The translations under genes and the position numbers were made by a program. DNA of 64,000 bases. Source: Escherichia coli. GTDB taxonomy: Bacteria; Pseudomonadota; Gammaproteobacteria; Enterobacterales; Enterobacteriaceae. The notes under the pieces were generated by a model that had not been told where the DNA came from, did no database searches, and saw only the letters and a list, made by a program, of their open reading frames with translations. The DNA lies in NCBI RefSeq assembly GCF_044647545.1, contig NZ_CP172818.1, one strand, 5' to 3'. Each line of letters begins with the position of its first letter. The first letter of the stretch is position 1. Shown one piece after another: positions 19,939-32,256 of this stretch.

Positions 19939-21101
19939 TAAAGTTGTCCATTATGCGAAATAATGTTGCTAATTTCTTTTTCTATCGGACTGGTATCGAT
20001 AATTAAAGCCTTACTGGTATAAGCAGGCATGGACGTCACGGTTGAAGCCAGATCGGGCATATCGGCAATGTCTTCGTTCCTGGTATCAATAGTTGCAGTC
20101 ATCGATAAACCAATGCGCAAGGGATGTTCCATGAGTTCTTTTGGATCAAGAGAAACCTCAACCGGTACACGCTGAACGATTTTGATCCAATTCCCTGTCG
20201 CATTTTGTGCAGGTAATAAGGAGAACGCATTGCCGGTTCCCATATTGATCCCTGTCACCCGACCATGAAACACAACATTTTCACCATAAAGATCGCTAAT
20301 AATATTGACCGATTGACCAATCCGCACATCCGTGAGTTGTGTTTCTTTAAAGTTGGCATTAACCCACATTTGACGTGCCGGTACGACAGCCATTAACGAT
20401 TGTCCGGGACTCACTGTTTCGCCGACCTGAACACTTCGCTGGGCAATATAGCCGGTAACCGGACTCTTAATATCCGTACGTTTAAGCGCCAACCAGGCTT
20501 CTTTGGTTGCATCCGCCGCTTCAACGACTTGTGGCTGACGGTTTAATGGTGTGTTCATTACTAAAGCTTTATTCGCTTTATAAGCCTGAATAGCAGCATT
20601 CAATGCCGCTTTGCTACTTATTAACGTATCTTTGGTATGCTCCAGCGTTTCTTTTGAAATAACCCCCTGCTTCGCTAAAGGTACACGACGGTTATAATCT
20701 TCTAAAGATTGTTGATACTGAATACGAGCTGAAGCGACTTCGGCACTGTATTGTTTATCCTGTAAGTACAGTTTATTCGTTTGCCGAACAATATTGGCCA
20801 GATTATTTTTAGCTTTATTGAGTGCGATAGTGGCATCAGTCTTATCCAGTGAGACTAAAATGTCACCCTGTCGAACGTAGTTCGTATCTTTATGATTAAC
20901 GACAGTGACGCTGCCTGAAACTTGTGCAGAAATTGGATCTGCATTTCCCGTGACATAGGCGTCATCTGTACTAATCATGTCTTCTAATTCCATTGACCAA
21001 TAGGCATAGGCACCTGAAAACGCAATAAATAAAACTACCGCTAACAAAGCAAAATATTTTTTTCTGTCAGAATGTTTTTTATTTGAATTAATCTGTTCCA
21101 C
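19938..21101 (-). CDS. emrK: Membrane fusion protein EmrK (EmrA paralog)
   Basis: 387 aa, single N-terminal TM then coiled-coil/HlyD-like periplasmic domain. Confidence 0.9.
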   Translation of the reverse strand: MEQINSNKKHSDRKKYFALLAVVLFIAFSGAYAYWSMELEDMISTDDAYVTGNADPISAQVSGSVTVVNHKDTNYVRQGDILVSLDKTDATIALNKAKNNLANIVRQTNKLYLQDKQYSAEVASARIQYQQSLEDYNRRVPLAKQGVISKETLEHTKDTLISSKAALNAAIQAYKANKALVMNTPLNRQPQVVEAADATKEAWLALKRTDIKSPVTGYIAQRSVQVGETVSPGQSLMAVVPARQMWVNANFKETQLTDVRIGQSVNIISDLYGENVVFHGRVTGINMGTGNAFSLLPAQNATGNWIKIVQRVPVEVSLDPKELMEHPLRIGLSMTATIDTRNEDIADMPDLASTVTSMPAYTSKALIIDTSPIEKEISNIISHNGQL

Positions 21102-21274
21102 TTTTATCTCTCATTTCGCATAGATGAAATTTATGAATTGAATGAAAAGAGAATTCATTCTTCATATCAAACACAGTGCATGTGTTGCACATTATCCCAG
21201 GAACGTTGGAGGCCTAATTTAAATGAGGTGCAAAAAAAACAACAGAGGACTAAACCGTGGCTTTTGCAATACAA

Positions 21275-21303
21275 TTCTTACGCCTGTAGGATTAGTGAGA
21301 AGA
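21275..21303. promoter_or_regulatory. Candidate EvgA box in the emrK-evgA divergent promoter region
   Basis: TTCTTACGCCTGTAGGATTAGTGAGAAGA contains TTCYTAC / TGTARGA-like half-sites matching the EvgA inverted-repeat consensus. Confidence 0.45.
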
Positions 21304-21515
21304 CTTATAGTGCTAATGTGAAACTATAAATCATCGGTACAATCCCTGATTTTATTGTTGACATTTCATATATGCCGACTATTTATATGGTATACTTGTC
21401 GAATTATCTTAAAGGAAGCTCAAATTTTCTTATTTTTTTGAGAAAATGAGATGATGCCTTATGTCTGTATTACTACAGGGAGAAGGGAAATGCTTCATTG
21501 CAAAGGGAATAATCT

Positions 21516-22130
21516 ATGAACGCAATAATTATTGATGACCATCCTCTTGCTATCGCAGCAATTCGTAATTTATTGATCAAAAACGATATTGAAATCTTAG
21601 CAGAGTTGACTGAAGGCGGAAGTGCCGTTCAGCGGGTGGAAACACTTAAGCCTGATATCGTCATCATTGATGTCGATATCCCCGGAGTTAACGGTATCCA
21701 GGTGTTAGAAACGCTGAGGAAGCGCCAATATAGCGGAATTATTATTATCGTCTCCGCTAAAAATGACCATTTTTACGGGAAACATTGTGCTGATGCTGGC
21801 GCTAATGGTTTCGTGAGTAAAAAAGAAGGCATGAACAATATCATTGCGGCTATTGAAGCTGCAAAAAATGGCTACTGCTATTTCCCTTTCTCTCTCAACC
21901 GGTTTGTTGGAAGTTTAACGTCCGACCAGCAAAAACTCGACTCCTTATCGAAACAAGAAATTAGTGTCATGCGGTATATTCTTGATGGCAAGGATAATAA
22001 TGACATTGCTGAAAAAATGTTCATCAGCAACAAAACTGTCAGCACGTATAAAAGTCGCTTGATGGAAAAATTAGAATGCAAATCACTGATGGATCTTTAC
22101 ACATTCGCACAACGTAACAAAATCGGCTAA
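21516..22130 (+). CDS. evgA: Response regulator EvgA (NarL/FixJ family)
   Basis: 204 aa; receiver domain (IIIDDHP...D52-like) plus C-terminal LuxR-type HTH. Confidence 0.92.
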   Translation: MNAIIIDDHPLAIAAIRNLLIKNDIEILAELTEGGSAVQRVETLKPDIVIIDVDIPGVNGIQVLETLRKRQYSGIIIIVSAKNDHFYGKHCADAGANGFVSKKEGMNNIIAAIEAAKNGYCYFPFSLNRFVGSLTSDQQKLDSLSKQEISVMRYILDGKDNNDIAEKMFISNKTVSTYKSRLMEKLECKSLMDLYTFAQRNKIG

Positions 22131-22134
22131 CCAC

Positions 22135-25100
22135 ATGAAGTTTTTACCCTATATTTTTCTTCTCTGTTGTGGTCTTTGGTCGACCATAAGTTTCGCAGAC
22201 GGAGATTACATCGAATATCGTGGCATCAGTAGTAACAACCGTGTCACACTTGATCCACTACGTCTGAGCAACAAGGAATTACGTTGGCTCGCGAGCAAAA
22301 AAAATCTTGTGATTGCAGTACACAAGTCCCAAACAGCTACGTTGTTGCATACCGATTCGCAGCAACGGATTCGTGGTATTAATGCTGATTATTTAAATCT
22401 TTTAAAAAGAGCGTTAAATATCAAATTAACACTCCGGGAATACGCAGATCATCAAAAAGCAATGGACGCGCTGGAAGACGGTGAAGTTGATATAGTGTTA
22501 TCACATTTAGTTGCTTCGCCGCCTCTTAATGATGACATTGCTGCAACTAATCCTCTGATAATTACCTTTCCTGCGTTGGTCACTACCCTTCACGATTCAA
22601 TGCGACCGCTTACCTCATCAAAACCAGTAAATATTGCTCGAGTAGCAAATTATCCCCCAGACGAGGTAATTCATCAATCATTTCCAAAAGCAACAATTAT
22701 CTCTTTTACAAATTTATATCAGGCATTAGCATCCGTCTCAGCCGGACAGAATGATTACTTTATTGGTAGTAACATCATTACCAGCAGTATGATTTCCCGT
22801 TATTTTACTCACTCCTTAAATGTAGTGAAGTATTATAACTCACCGCGTCAATATAACTTTTTATTAACCAGAAAAGATTCAATCGTTCTTAATGAAGTAC
22901 TCAATCGATTTGTTGATGCTTTAACAAATGAAGTTCGCTATGAAGTATCACAAAATTGGCTTGATACAGGAAACCTGGCCTTTCTGAACAAACCATTAGA
23001 ACTCACTGAACATGAAAAACAGTGGATTAAGCAGCATCCCGATTTAAAGGTGCTAGAAAATCCTTACTCGCCACCCTATTCTATGACAGATGAAACTGGC
23101 TCAGTTCGGGGCGTGATGGGTGATATTCTTAATATTATTACCTTGCAAACAGGTTTAAATTTTTCTCCGATCACCGTTTCACACAATATTCATGCTGGGA
23201 CACAGCTTAACCCCGGTGGATGGGATATATTGCCCGCCGCTATTTATAGTGAAGATCGAGAAAATAATGTTTCATTTGCTGAAGCTTTCATAACAACGCC
23301 TTACGTTTTTGTCATGCAAAAAGCGCCTGACAGTGAACAAACATTAAAAAAAGGAATGAAAGTTGCCATTCCATATTATTATGAGCTTCATTCGCAATTA
23401 AAAGAGATGTATCCGGAGGTAGAGTGGATAAAAGTCGATAACGCCAGCGCTGCATTTCACAAGGTCAAGGAAGGTGAACTTGATGCTCTGGTCGCGACAC
23501 AGTTAAATTCGCGTTACATGATCGACCATTACTATCCTAATGAACTTTATCATTTTCTTATTCCCGGCGTTCAGAATGCATCACTTTCGTTCGCTTTTCC
23601 TCGCGGAGAACCGGAACTTAAGGATATTATTAATAAAGCACTGAATGCAATTCCCCCAAGCGAAGTTCTGCGCCTGACGGAAAAATGGATTAAAATGCCC
23701 AATGTGACCATTGACACATGGGACCTCTATAGCGAGCAATTTTATATTGTCACGACATTATCCGTTTTATTAGTTGGCAGTAGCCTTTTATGGGGATTCT
23801 ACCTGTTACGCTCAGTTCGTCGTCGTAAAGTCATTCAGGGTGATTTAGAAAACCAAATATCATTCCGAAAAGCACTCTCGGATTCCTTACCGAATCCAAC
23901 TTATGTTGTAAACTGGCAAGGTAATGTCATTAGTCATAATAGTGCTTTTGAACATTATTTCACTGCGGATTACTACAAAAATGCAATGTTACCATTAGAA
24001 AACAGTGACTCACCCTTTAAAGATGTTTTTTCTAATGCGCATGAAGTCACAGCAGAAACGAAAGAAAATCGAACAATATACACACAGGTATTTGAAATTG
24101 ATAATGGCATCGAGAAAAGATGCATTAATCACTGGCATACATTATGCAATCTGCCAGCAAGCGAACATGCTGTTTATATTTGTGGTTGGCAAGATATTAC
24201 CGAGACGCGTGATTTAATTCATGCACTCGAAGTAGAGAGAAATAAAGCGATCAATGCAACTGTCGCAAAAAGTCAGTTTCTGGCAACAATGAGTCACGAA
24301 ATAAGAACACCAATAAGCTCCATTATGGGCTTCCTGGAACTTCTGTCGGGTTCTGGTCTTAGCAAGGAGCAACGGGTGGAGGCGATTTCACTTGCCTACG
24401 CCACCGGACAATCACTCCTCGGCTTAATTGGTGAAATCCTTGATGTCGACAAAATTGAGTCGGGTAACTATCAACTTCAACCACAATGGGTCGATATCCC
24501 TACTTTAGTCCAGAACACTTGTCACTCTTTCGGTGCGATTGCTGCAAGCAAATCCATCGCATTAAGTTGCAGCAGTACGTTTCCTGAACGCTACCTGGTT
24601 AAGATCGACCCTCAGGCGTTTAAGCAGGTCTTATCTAATTTACTGAGTAATGCTCTCAAATTTACTACCGAGGGAGCAGTAAAAATTACGACCTCCCTGG
24701 GTCACATTGATGACAACCACGCTGTTATCAAAATGACGATTATGGATTCTGGAAGTGGATTATCGCAGGAAGAACAACAACAACTGTTTAAACGCTATAG
24801 CCAAACAAGTGCAGGTCGTCAGCAAACAGGTTCTGGTTTAGGCTTAATGATCTGCAAAGAATTAATAAAAAACATGCAGGGCGATTTGTCATTAGAAAGT
24901 CATCCAGGCATAGGAACGATATTTACGATCACAATCCCGGTAGAAATTACCCAACAAGTGGCGGCTATAGAGACAAAAGCAGAACAACCTATCACACTAC
25001 CTGAAAAGTTGAGCATATTAATCGCGGATGATCATCCGACCAACAGGCTATTACTCAAACGCCAGCTAAATCTATTAGGATATGATGTTGATGAAGCCAC

Positions 25101-25728
25101 TGATGGTGTGCAAGCGCTACACAAAATCAGTATGCAACATTATGATCTGCTTATTACTGACGTAAATATGCCGAATATGGATGGTTTTGAGTTGACTCGC
25201 AAACTCCGTGAGCAAAATTCTTCCTTACCCATCTGGGGGCTTACAGCCAACGCACAGGCTAACGAACGTGAAAAAGGGTTAAATTGCGGCATGAACTTAT
25301 GTTTGTTCAAACCGTTGACTCTGGATGTACTGAAAACACATTTAAGTCAGTTACACCAGGTTGCGCATATTGCACCTCAGTATCGCCACCTTGATATCGA
25401 GGCCCTGAAAAATAATACGGCGAACGATCTACAACTGATGCAGGAGATTCTCATGACTTTCCAGCATGAAACGCATAAAGATCTACCCGCTGCGTTTCAT
25501 GCACTAGAAGCTGGCGATAACAGAACTTTCCATCAGTGTATTCATCGCATCCACGGTGCGGCTAACATCCTGAATTTGCAAAAGTTGATTAATATTAGCC
25601 ATCAGTTAGAAATAACACCTGTTTCAGATGACAGTAAGCCTGAAATTCTTCAGTTGCTGAACTCTGTAAAAGAACACATTGCAGAGCTGGACCAGGAGAT
25701 TACTGCTTTCTGTCAGCAAAATGACTAA
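22135..25728 (+). CDS. evgS: Hybrid sensor histidine kinase EvgS (BvgS-like)
   Basis: 1197 aa; two periplasmic solute-binding-like domains, TM, HisKA (MSHEIRTP), HATPase, receiver and HPt domains. Confidence 0.92.
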   Translation: MKFLPYIFLLCCGLWSTISFADGDYIEYRGISSNNRVTLDPLRLSNKELRWLASKKNLVIAVHKSQTATLLHTDSQQRIRGINADYLNLLKRALNIKLTLREYADHQKAMDALEDGEVDIVLSHLVASPPLNDDIAATNPLIITFPALVTTLHDSMRPLTSSKPVNIARVANYPPDEVIHQSFPKATIISFTNLYQALASVSAGQNDYFIGSNIITSSMISRYFTHSLNVVKYYNSPRQYNFLLTRKDSIVLNEVLNRFVDALTNEVRYEVSQNWLDTGNLAFLNKPLELTEHEKQWIKQHPDLKVLENPYSPPYSMTDETGSVRGVMGDILNIITLQTGLNFSPITVSHNIHAGTQLNPGGWDILPAAIYSEDRENNVSFAEAFITTPYVFVMQKAPDSEQTLKKGMKVAIPYYYELHSQLKEMYPEVEWIKVDNASAAFHKVKEGELDALVATQLNSRYMIDHYYPNELYHFLIPGVQNASLSFAFPRGEPELKDIINKALNAIPPSEVLRLTEKWIKMPNVTIDTWDLYSEQFYIVTTLSVLLVGSSLLWGFYLLRSVRRRKVIQGDLENQISFRKALSDSLPNPTYVVNWQGNVISHNSAFEHYFTADYYKNAMLPLENSDSPFKDVFSNAHEVTAETKENRTIYTQVFEIDNGIEKRCINHWHTLCNLPASEHAVYICGWQDITETRDLIHALEVERNKAINATVAKSQFLATMSHEIRTPISSIMGFLELLSGSGLSKEQRVEAISLAYATGQSLLGLIGEILDVDKIESGNYQLQPQWVDIPTLVQNTCHSFGAIAASKSIALSCSSTFPERYLVKIDPQAFKQVLSNLLSNALKFTTEGAVKITTSLGHIDDNHAVIKMTIMDSGSGLSQEEQQQLFKRYSQTSAGRQQTGSGLGLMICKELIKNMQGDLSLESHPGIGTIFTITIPVEITQQVAAIETKAEQPITLPEKLSILIADDHPTNRLLLKRQLNLLGYDVDEATDGVQALHKISMQHYDLLITDVNMPNMDGFELTRKLREQNSSLPIWGLTANAQANEREKGLNCGMNLCLFKPLTLDVLKTHLSQLHQVAHIAPQYRHLDIEALKNNTANDLQLMQEILMTFQHETHKDLPAAFHALEAGDNRTFHQCIHRIHGAANILNLQKLINISHQLEITPVSDDSKPEILQLLNSVKEHIAELDQEITAFCQQND

Positions 25729-25766
25729 ATAGCGGCTCCCACAATGTTCAAATGTGGGAGCTATTT
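25729..25766. terminator. Bidirectional terminator hairpin between evgS and yfdE
   Basis: GCTCCCACA-N9-TGTGGGAGC inverted repeat followed by TATTT. Confidence 0.6.
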
Positions 25767-25783
25767 ACCAGCACATCTTACAT

Positions 25784-26929
25784 TTATGATGAGAACTCCT
25801 GGCGAATTTGTTCCCCATGCTGGTCGAGCGTTGCCGCTCCCGGCATAACATGCGGGTCCGCACAGCCGCTAATTTTTATCGGATTACCCGGCATCATTAT
25901 TCCCCCGGCTTCAATCAACATATTTCTTGCCTGAGTTTGTGGTAAATTAATGGCCTCAGCCACACTTAATAACGGCGCGACAGGCACACCAACTTCATGT
26001 ATTCTGGCTAACCAAACTTCAGCTGCCTGCGTTTTTAACGTCCGCTCAATATATTGTTTAAGAATAGCCTGGTTTTGTACGCGTAAAATATTGCTGATAA
26101 ATCGGGGATCATCAACCAGCTCCGTCAGATCCAGTGCCTGACATAACGCAGAAAAAAGCTTGTCATTACCACAACAAATCGTAATCGGCTTATCCTGAGT
26201 ATCGAAAACATCAAAAGGTGCCATGTAGGGATGGCGATTTCCCAGACGTTGTGGTGACTTCCCAGTCGCGATATATGCCATCAGTCCGTGCTCCAGAAAA
26301 CTCAGAGTGGCATCAAACATCGCTATATCGACATGCGCACCTCTCTGGCTCTTTTCGCGGCCATAAAGTGCACTCACTATTCCACTGAATAAATAAACAC
26401 CGCCACATAGATCCGCAAGAGAGGTACCAACGCGCACTGGCGGAGCATCAGGGTATCCTGTTTCCATCATTATCCCGCTCATTGCCTGAATGATGGTATC
26501 GTAGGCAGGAGCATCTTTTAGCGGACCGGTATGTCCGAAACCTGACGATGAAGCATATATAAGGCGCGGGTTGATTTCTTGTAACCTTTCCCATGAAAAC
26601 CCGAGTTTTTCCATTGTACCTGGGCGAAAATTCTCAGCTAATACATCAGCTTGTTTAAGCATATTTATAAATATACTTTTATCGTGATCATTCTTTAAAT
26701 CAAGAACCACACTCTCTTTGCCATGATTAATAAAACTGTAATAGAGTGACTGTCCATCCACATAGGGACCAAATGTGCGGGTATCATCACCATGGCCCGG
26801 CGGCTCAACTTTAATTACCCTTGCGCCCATATTACAAAGAAGTTGAGTTCCGAAAGGTCCATTAAGGACATGTGTCATATCGATAACTAATAAGCCTTCA
26901 AACGGCCCTTTGCTTTCATTATTTGTCAT
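25784..26929 (-). CDS. yfdE: Acetyl-CoA:oxalate CoA-transferase YfdE (family III CoA-transferase)
   Basis: ORF 25784-26968; CaiB/BaiF family features; start chosen at MTNNESKG (381 aa). Confidence 0.85.
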   Translation of the reverse strand: MTNNESKGPFEGLLVIDMTHVLNGPFGTQLLCNMGARVIKVEPPGHGDDTRTFGPYVDGQSLYYSFINHGKESVVLDLKNDHDKSIFINMLKQADVLAENFRPGTMEKLGFSWERLQEINPRLIYASSSGFGHTGPLKDAPAYDTIIQAMSGIMMETGYPDAPPVRVGTSLADLCGGVYLFSGIVSALYGREKSQRGAHVDIAMFDATLSFLEHGLMAYIATGKSPQRLGNRHPYMAPFDVFDTQDKPITICCGNDKLFSALCQALDLTELVDDPRFISNILRVQNQAILKQYIERTLKTQAAEVWLARIHEVGVPVAPLLSVAEAINLPQTQARNMLIEAGGIMMPGNPIKISGCADPHVMPGAATLDQHGEQIRQEFSS

Positions 26930-27002
26930 TTGCTTATGCCTTGAAAAAAGCCGAAGGTGAAAAGACACTTCGGCATTTATGTAAAATCAATAACATGATT
27001 AA

Positions 27003-27947
27003 TTATGAAACCAGTCGACTGACATAAATCCACAAGGGAGCCGTGACGACAAAACCCAGTACGCTCACAGCCAATGACGCTGTACCAGTGCGGGTGTAGA
27101 CATTAAACCGACTGGCAATAATGATTCCGGAGAATGCCGGCGGTAATGCGCCTGCCAGTACCATCATCTGCAAATGTTCGCTGTTCAAATGACATGCCAT
27201 ACCCACGAGAAGCAGCGCCAGTGGCATCAGAATCAGCTTCAGGAAGGTGTTATAAGCAATTTCGGCACTGAACTCGAATTTATGTGCAGCCAGAGTCAAC
27301 CCCGCAGCGAACACCGCTACCCCTGAGTTAGCCTTCGCAATCAGATTAAAGGTTGGGTCCCATGCTGCCGGAATTTTTACCCCAACCAACACCAGGATCG
27401 TTGCCAGAACAGGTGCCCATACTACTGGCTCCTTTGCCGCAGAAATTAATGCGCTCAGATTACTATTCTTCTTACCATCCGCTCCTGAGGAAGGATTCAG
27501 CAAATACAGACCAATAGGAATAGTAATTGCGTTAACAATAATAGAAATAATTGCTACCACTAAACCTGTTGATACGGAATCACCATAAATAGGATCGAGA
27601 ACTGCAAACCCCAGGAATCCGATGGTAGGTGAGCCTGCAATTAATGCACATACTGCTGCTTCTGCATGGGTACGTTTAAAAAATTTGTAGCAACCAAACC
27701 AGGAGAAAAAGAAACATCCGACAATAACCACAAGTGATACAAGGGTCAGGCGAGTGTCCGCAAAAATCATTTCCCTGTTTGCCCGGGTAATAGAAACAAA
27801 TAGGGCCGCAGGAAGAGCGTAGTTTAATACCAGTTTATTAAATGCCCGGGCTTGATCTTCTGAAAAAGTTTCTCGTCTGCCGCTAAAATAACCCAACAGC
27901 ATGATTACGATAATAGGCAATAAATCGCCAATAAAAAATGTTAGCAT
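27003..27947 (-). CDS. yfdV: AEC-family transporter YfdV
   Basis: 314 aa membrane protein of the auxin-efflux-carrier type, inside the oxc/frc cluster. Confidence 0.85.
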
Positions 27948-28015
27948 AATAGTATTTCCGATAAGGGTCCCCTCACCATCGATAATGAGTTGGCAAGAGG
28001 AGACGATGTCAGTAT

Positions 28016-29710
28016 TTAATTACCAGCGACTTGTTTTGGGTTAAGTTTGGTAATATGGCCACTTTCAGTTCCTGCTGCAGGGTCGATGACCACATTAATA
28101 ATGGTCGGTTTGCGCGACTGAATACCGGTGGTTAAAGCATGACGAAGTTCATCTGTCGTGGTGACGTTATAGCCAACGCCACGAAACGCATCCATTAATT
28201 TGTCATACCTTGCATGGTGCAACAGATCTGTTGGTGATGGTGCACCAGCGCCACTGAGATCAACACCGTCTCCTCTGTAGATGCCGCCATTATTAAAAAT
28301 AACGATCGTCACCGGCAGGTTATATCGACAAATCGTTTCAATCTCCATCCCACTGAAACCAAAAGCACTATCACCTTCAATGGCGACAACCGGAGAACCA
28401 GAGGTCACGCTAGCACCGATGGCATAGCCCATACCGATGCCCATGACACCCCAGGTGCCACAATCCAGACGACGACGTGGTTTATACATATCAATAATAT
28501 TTCGTGCATTATCCAGGGTATTTGCACCTTCATTAACTAAATAAATATCCTGGTTCTCGCGCAATACATCGCGCACAGCACTTAATGCATTAAAGTAATT
28601 TAATGGTTGAGTATCTGTACTTAATTTTTCATGCATTTTTTGCGCATTTTGCTGCTTGTGGATATTTAAAATATCGCGCCATACCAGTGGAGTCGTAAAT
28701 GTGTTTTGTTTCAGTTCTGCCAGCATACCTTGCATACTGGATGCAATATCGCCAACGACTGGCACAGCAATGGGGCGGTTGCTGTCAATTTCCTGCGGTT
28801 CAATATCCAGTTGAATAAACTGTGTATCTGCCGCCCATCCTTTTTTACCGTGTGCCAGTAACCAATTCAGTCGTGCGCCAACAAGCATGACAACGTCAGC
28901 ATTTGCCAGGGCAAACGAACGCGCAGCTGCCGCAGAAAGTGGATGCGTATCTTCGAGGATCCCTTTCGCCATAGACATTGGCAGGAATGGAATCTGGGCA
29001 CTTTCAATAAATTCACGAAGCTGTTCATCAGATTGTGAATACGCCGCGCCTTTGCCAAGGATAATTAATGGTCGTTCAGCTTTTGCTAAAAGCGAAATTG
29101 CGCTAGTGACTGACTTCGGGCATGGCAATAATGCTGGCGACGGATTTTCAACTTTAACAATCGTGGTTAACGCTTCGTCTTTTTCCATCGTCGCGGCCAG
29201 GACATTTGCTGGCAAATCAAGATAAACACCGCCAGGACGACCCGATACTGAGACCCGGATAGCACGTGCCAATGCAATGCCAAGATCCTGCGGCTGATTA
29301 ACGCGAAATGCTGCTTTGGCATACGGTTTTGCCGCATTCATTTGGTCCAGCTCTTCATAATCACCTTGCTGTAGGTCGACGATCGCGCGGTCGCTGGAGC
29401 CGCTAATCATGATCATCGGAAAACCATTTACCGTTGCATTGGCCAATGCGGTCAAACCGTTGAGGAATCCTGGCGCAGACACTGTCAGGCAGATCCCTGG
29501 TTTTTGGGTAAGAAAACCGCTTGCTGCAGCGGCATAGCCTGCCGACTGCTCATGACGAAAACCAATATAACGAATGCCTTCCGCCTGGGCATGGCGCGCC
29601 ATATCCGTCACAGGAATACCTACAACACCATAAATAGTGTCAATATTATTCTGTTTTAATGCTTCAACGATGATATGCATACCATCTGTCATTTGAAGTT
29701 GATCTGACAT
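28016..29710 (-). CDS. oxc: Oxalyl-CoA decarboxylase (ThDP-dependent)
   Basis: 564 aa; ThDP-binding motif region ([31 protein letters not shown]). Confidence 0.9.
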
Positions 29711-29763
29711 GATTAATAACCTCGAAATTTTTATAAATTGGGAGCCAGAAGCCCCCGTTAATA

Positions 29764-31014
29764 TCAGATGGCGTGGTTTTGCTTCATTGCAGCAATTTCA
29801 TCGTCGCTATAACCCAGCTCCTGCAATACAGCAGCGGTATGTTCACCTAATAGCGGCGCAGCTTTAATATCCGGCGTAAAGGCAGAGAATTTCATTGGAC
29901 AACCAACTGTCAGATATTTTCCACGCAACGGTTGTTCCACTTCGACAACACTGCCACTTTGGCGCAAAGAGGGATCAAGTGAAATTTCTTTCATACTTAA
30001 AACCGGTGCACAAGGAATATCAAACTGAGTCAAATAGGCCACAGCTTCATGTTTATCAATAGTGACAGTGTATTTTTCGATTTCAGCAAAAATATCGAAA
30101 ATATGTGGCTGTCGGGCATGGGCTGTACTGTATGCCGGATCGGTAATCCATTCTGGTTTGCCGATGGCTTTACAGGTGTTTTCCCAGTTTTGCTCCTGAA
30201 TAGTGAAATAAATATAGGCATTAGGATCGGTTTCCCAGCCTTTACATTTCAGGATCCAGCCAGGCTGACCACCACCCCCCGCATTACCACCGCGGGGAAC
30301 TGCATCACCAAATGTGCCATTCGGATACTGCGGGTATTCTTCCAGATAACCCAATTTATCGAGACGCTGCTGGTCGCGTAATTTCACGCGGCAAAGGTTC
30401 AACACGGCATCCTGCATTGACATGGTCACTCGTTGCCCACGCCCCGTTTTTTCGCGATGCAGCAAAGCAGCAAGTAAACCGATCAGTAAATGCATTCCGG
30501 TGTTGCTGTCACCCAACGCTGCAGCGCTTACCAGCGGCGGACCGTCCCAAAAACCCGTAGTAGATGCCGCGCCACCCGCTGCCTGAGCAACGTTTTCATA
30601 GGCTTTTACATTCACATAAGGCGAACACTCATCAAACCCTTTGATCGAACCAAAAATCAGACGTGGATTGATTTCTTGAATATGCTCCCAGGTGAAGCCC
30701 ATATGATCAATGGCCCCAGGATGAAAGTTCTCGACTAAGATATCAGCTTCGCGGATCAGCTTTTCCATTACCTCTTTGCCTTCCGCTGTTTTGGTATTTA
30801 ATTCAATAGAACGTTTGTTACTGTTAAGCATGGTGAAGTAAAGCGCATCGATATCAGGAATATCTCGCAGCTGGTGACGCGTTACGTCACCAACACCGGG
30901 ACGTTCAATTTTAATGACGTCAGCGCCAAACCAGGCCAGCATTTGAGTACAAGATGGGCCAGATTGCACACCGGTGAAATCGAGAACTTTAATTCCTTGA
31001 AGTGGAGTTGACAT
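29764..31014 (-). CDS. frc: Formyl-CoA:oxalate CoA-transferase Frc (YfdW)
   Basis: 416 aa, family III CoA-transferase, adjacent to oxc. Confidence 0.9.
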
Positions 31015-31264
31015 AGCAATACCTATTAGTTAATTAAATATGTGTTAATTTAGCGTTTATTTAAGACATAACGCCTCTATAAATAATCCGCAAAATATCG
31101 TCGTAGCTGCACTCGATATTTTTAAATTCCTGTATCAAGTACTGAAAATCATTTCATCGCTACTTCCAATTCCTTTCTGCATGGTAAGTAGTGAGGACGA
31201 AAAGAAGAATATGATAAATATTGGTTCGCGGTAATCAGAGAGAGCCGCGACATTTGTGATGTTA

Positions 31265-31282
31265 TTCTTACAACTGTAAGAA
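31265..31282. promoter_or_regulatory. Near-perfect EvgA box upstream of frc
   Basis: TTCTTACAACTGTAAGAA: 18-bp inverted repeat matching the TTCYTACA-N2-TGTARGAA EvgA consensus, about 250 bp upstream of the frc start. Confidence 0.6.
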
Positions 31283-31525
31283 GCGCCAGTGATTTACAAG
31301 TAAGGGTATGATTACGCTTTTTAAAGCGTACCATAAAACATAACATAATAAATGATTTGTGATAACACGGGATTATTGCGGTTTACTTTGAGGAAGATAA
31401 AATTCGAGTTTATAGAACCGCGAGCGCCAAATAATTTTATGGCCACAACCTGTCGTATTGTGGCCATAAAAAATTGTCGGCTGGAGGGAGTAAAATCCTT
31501 TACCTCAATATATTGCCTGTCAGCT

Positions 31526-32158
31526 TTAGTTCACAAACAGTGCTTCGCTATCGACGATGATTCCATCTTCCGCACCTTTAAGCGCCAGGTTTGCCTCGTA
31601 GTATTGCTTTTTATCAAGCAGTTTCTGCGCATCAGCAAGTGCATTACGAGTCTGTTTAAGCGGCATCAGATATTGGTTTTCCATTACACCAACACCGGCC
31701 AGGCGAAGCTCTTCCATTGCGCCCTTTTTATCCCCTTTCGCCATTTTTTCGTTGGCAATTTTTATCGCGGCTTCTTTTTCGGGTGTCGCTACATAACTCT
31801 CAGAAATTCCGACAGATGCATTAATGACAATATATTGGTCATCATTGACATTGGTCTTTTTACCTGGCTTTGCGAACTTTGCCCATTCGGTACTATCATC
31901 AGACAGCAAAGCGGAAGCTTCGTTGGTCAGTTCTTTTGCCTTTTCCGGATCGCCATGAAACAGAGCCAGGCGCGCTACCTGCACGTCACGCATCGCATAT
32001 AAACCTTGTTCAGAGATACGCTCTGCTGCTGCCGTTTTCTGGGTTTGCTTAACTTGCTGAGTTTGCTGTTGTGCCGCTACCGGTGCATTATCAGCAGCCC
32101 ATACAGTTGAAGATGCCAGAACTGCTGTGACCATCGTAGCCATAATTAAACGTTTCAT
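31526..32158 (-). CDS. yfdX: Periplasmic protein YfdX (EvgA-regulated, unknown function)
   Basis: 210 aa with signal peptide ([21 protein letters not shown]). Confidence 0.85.
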   Translation of the reverse strand: MKRLIMATMVTAVLASSTVWAADNAPVAAQQQTQQVKQTQKTAAAERISEQGLYAMRDVQVARLALFHGDPEKAKELTNEASALLSDDSTEWAKFAKPGKKTNVNDDQYIVINASVGISESYVATPEKEAAIKIANEKMAKGDKKGAMEELRLAGVGVMENQYLMPLKQTRNALADAQKLLDKKQYYEANLALKGAEDGIIVDSEALFVN

Positions 32159-32256
32159 ACTTACCTCATTCTTTAACAGTTTTAGAAAACACCGCCATCA
32201 TATTGGGTGAGCATGAAATGAGAAATCAGAGAGCAACGGTCATTTTGAAAGGGTTA

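Noticed and set aside
31352-32002. 216-aa plus-strand ORF overlapping yfdX
   Set aside because: Entirely antisense to the well-supported yfdX gene; F/C/L-rich translation typical of an antisense frame; no RBS.
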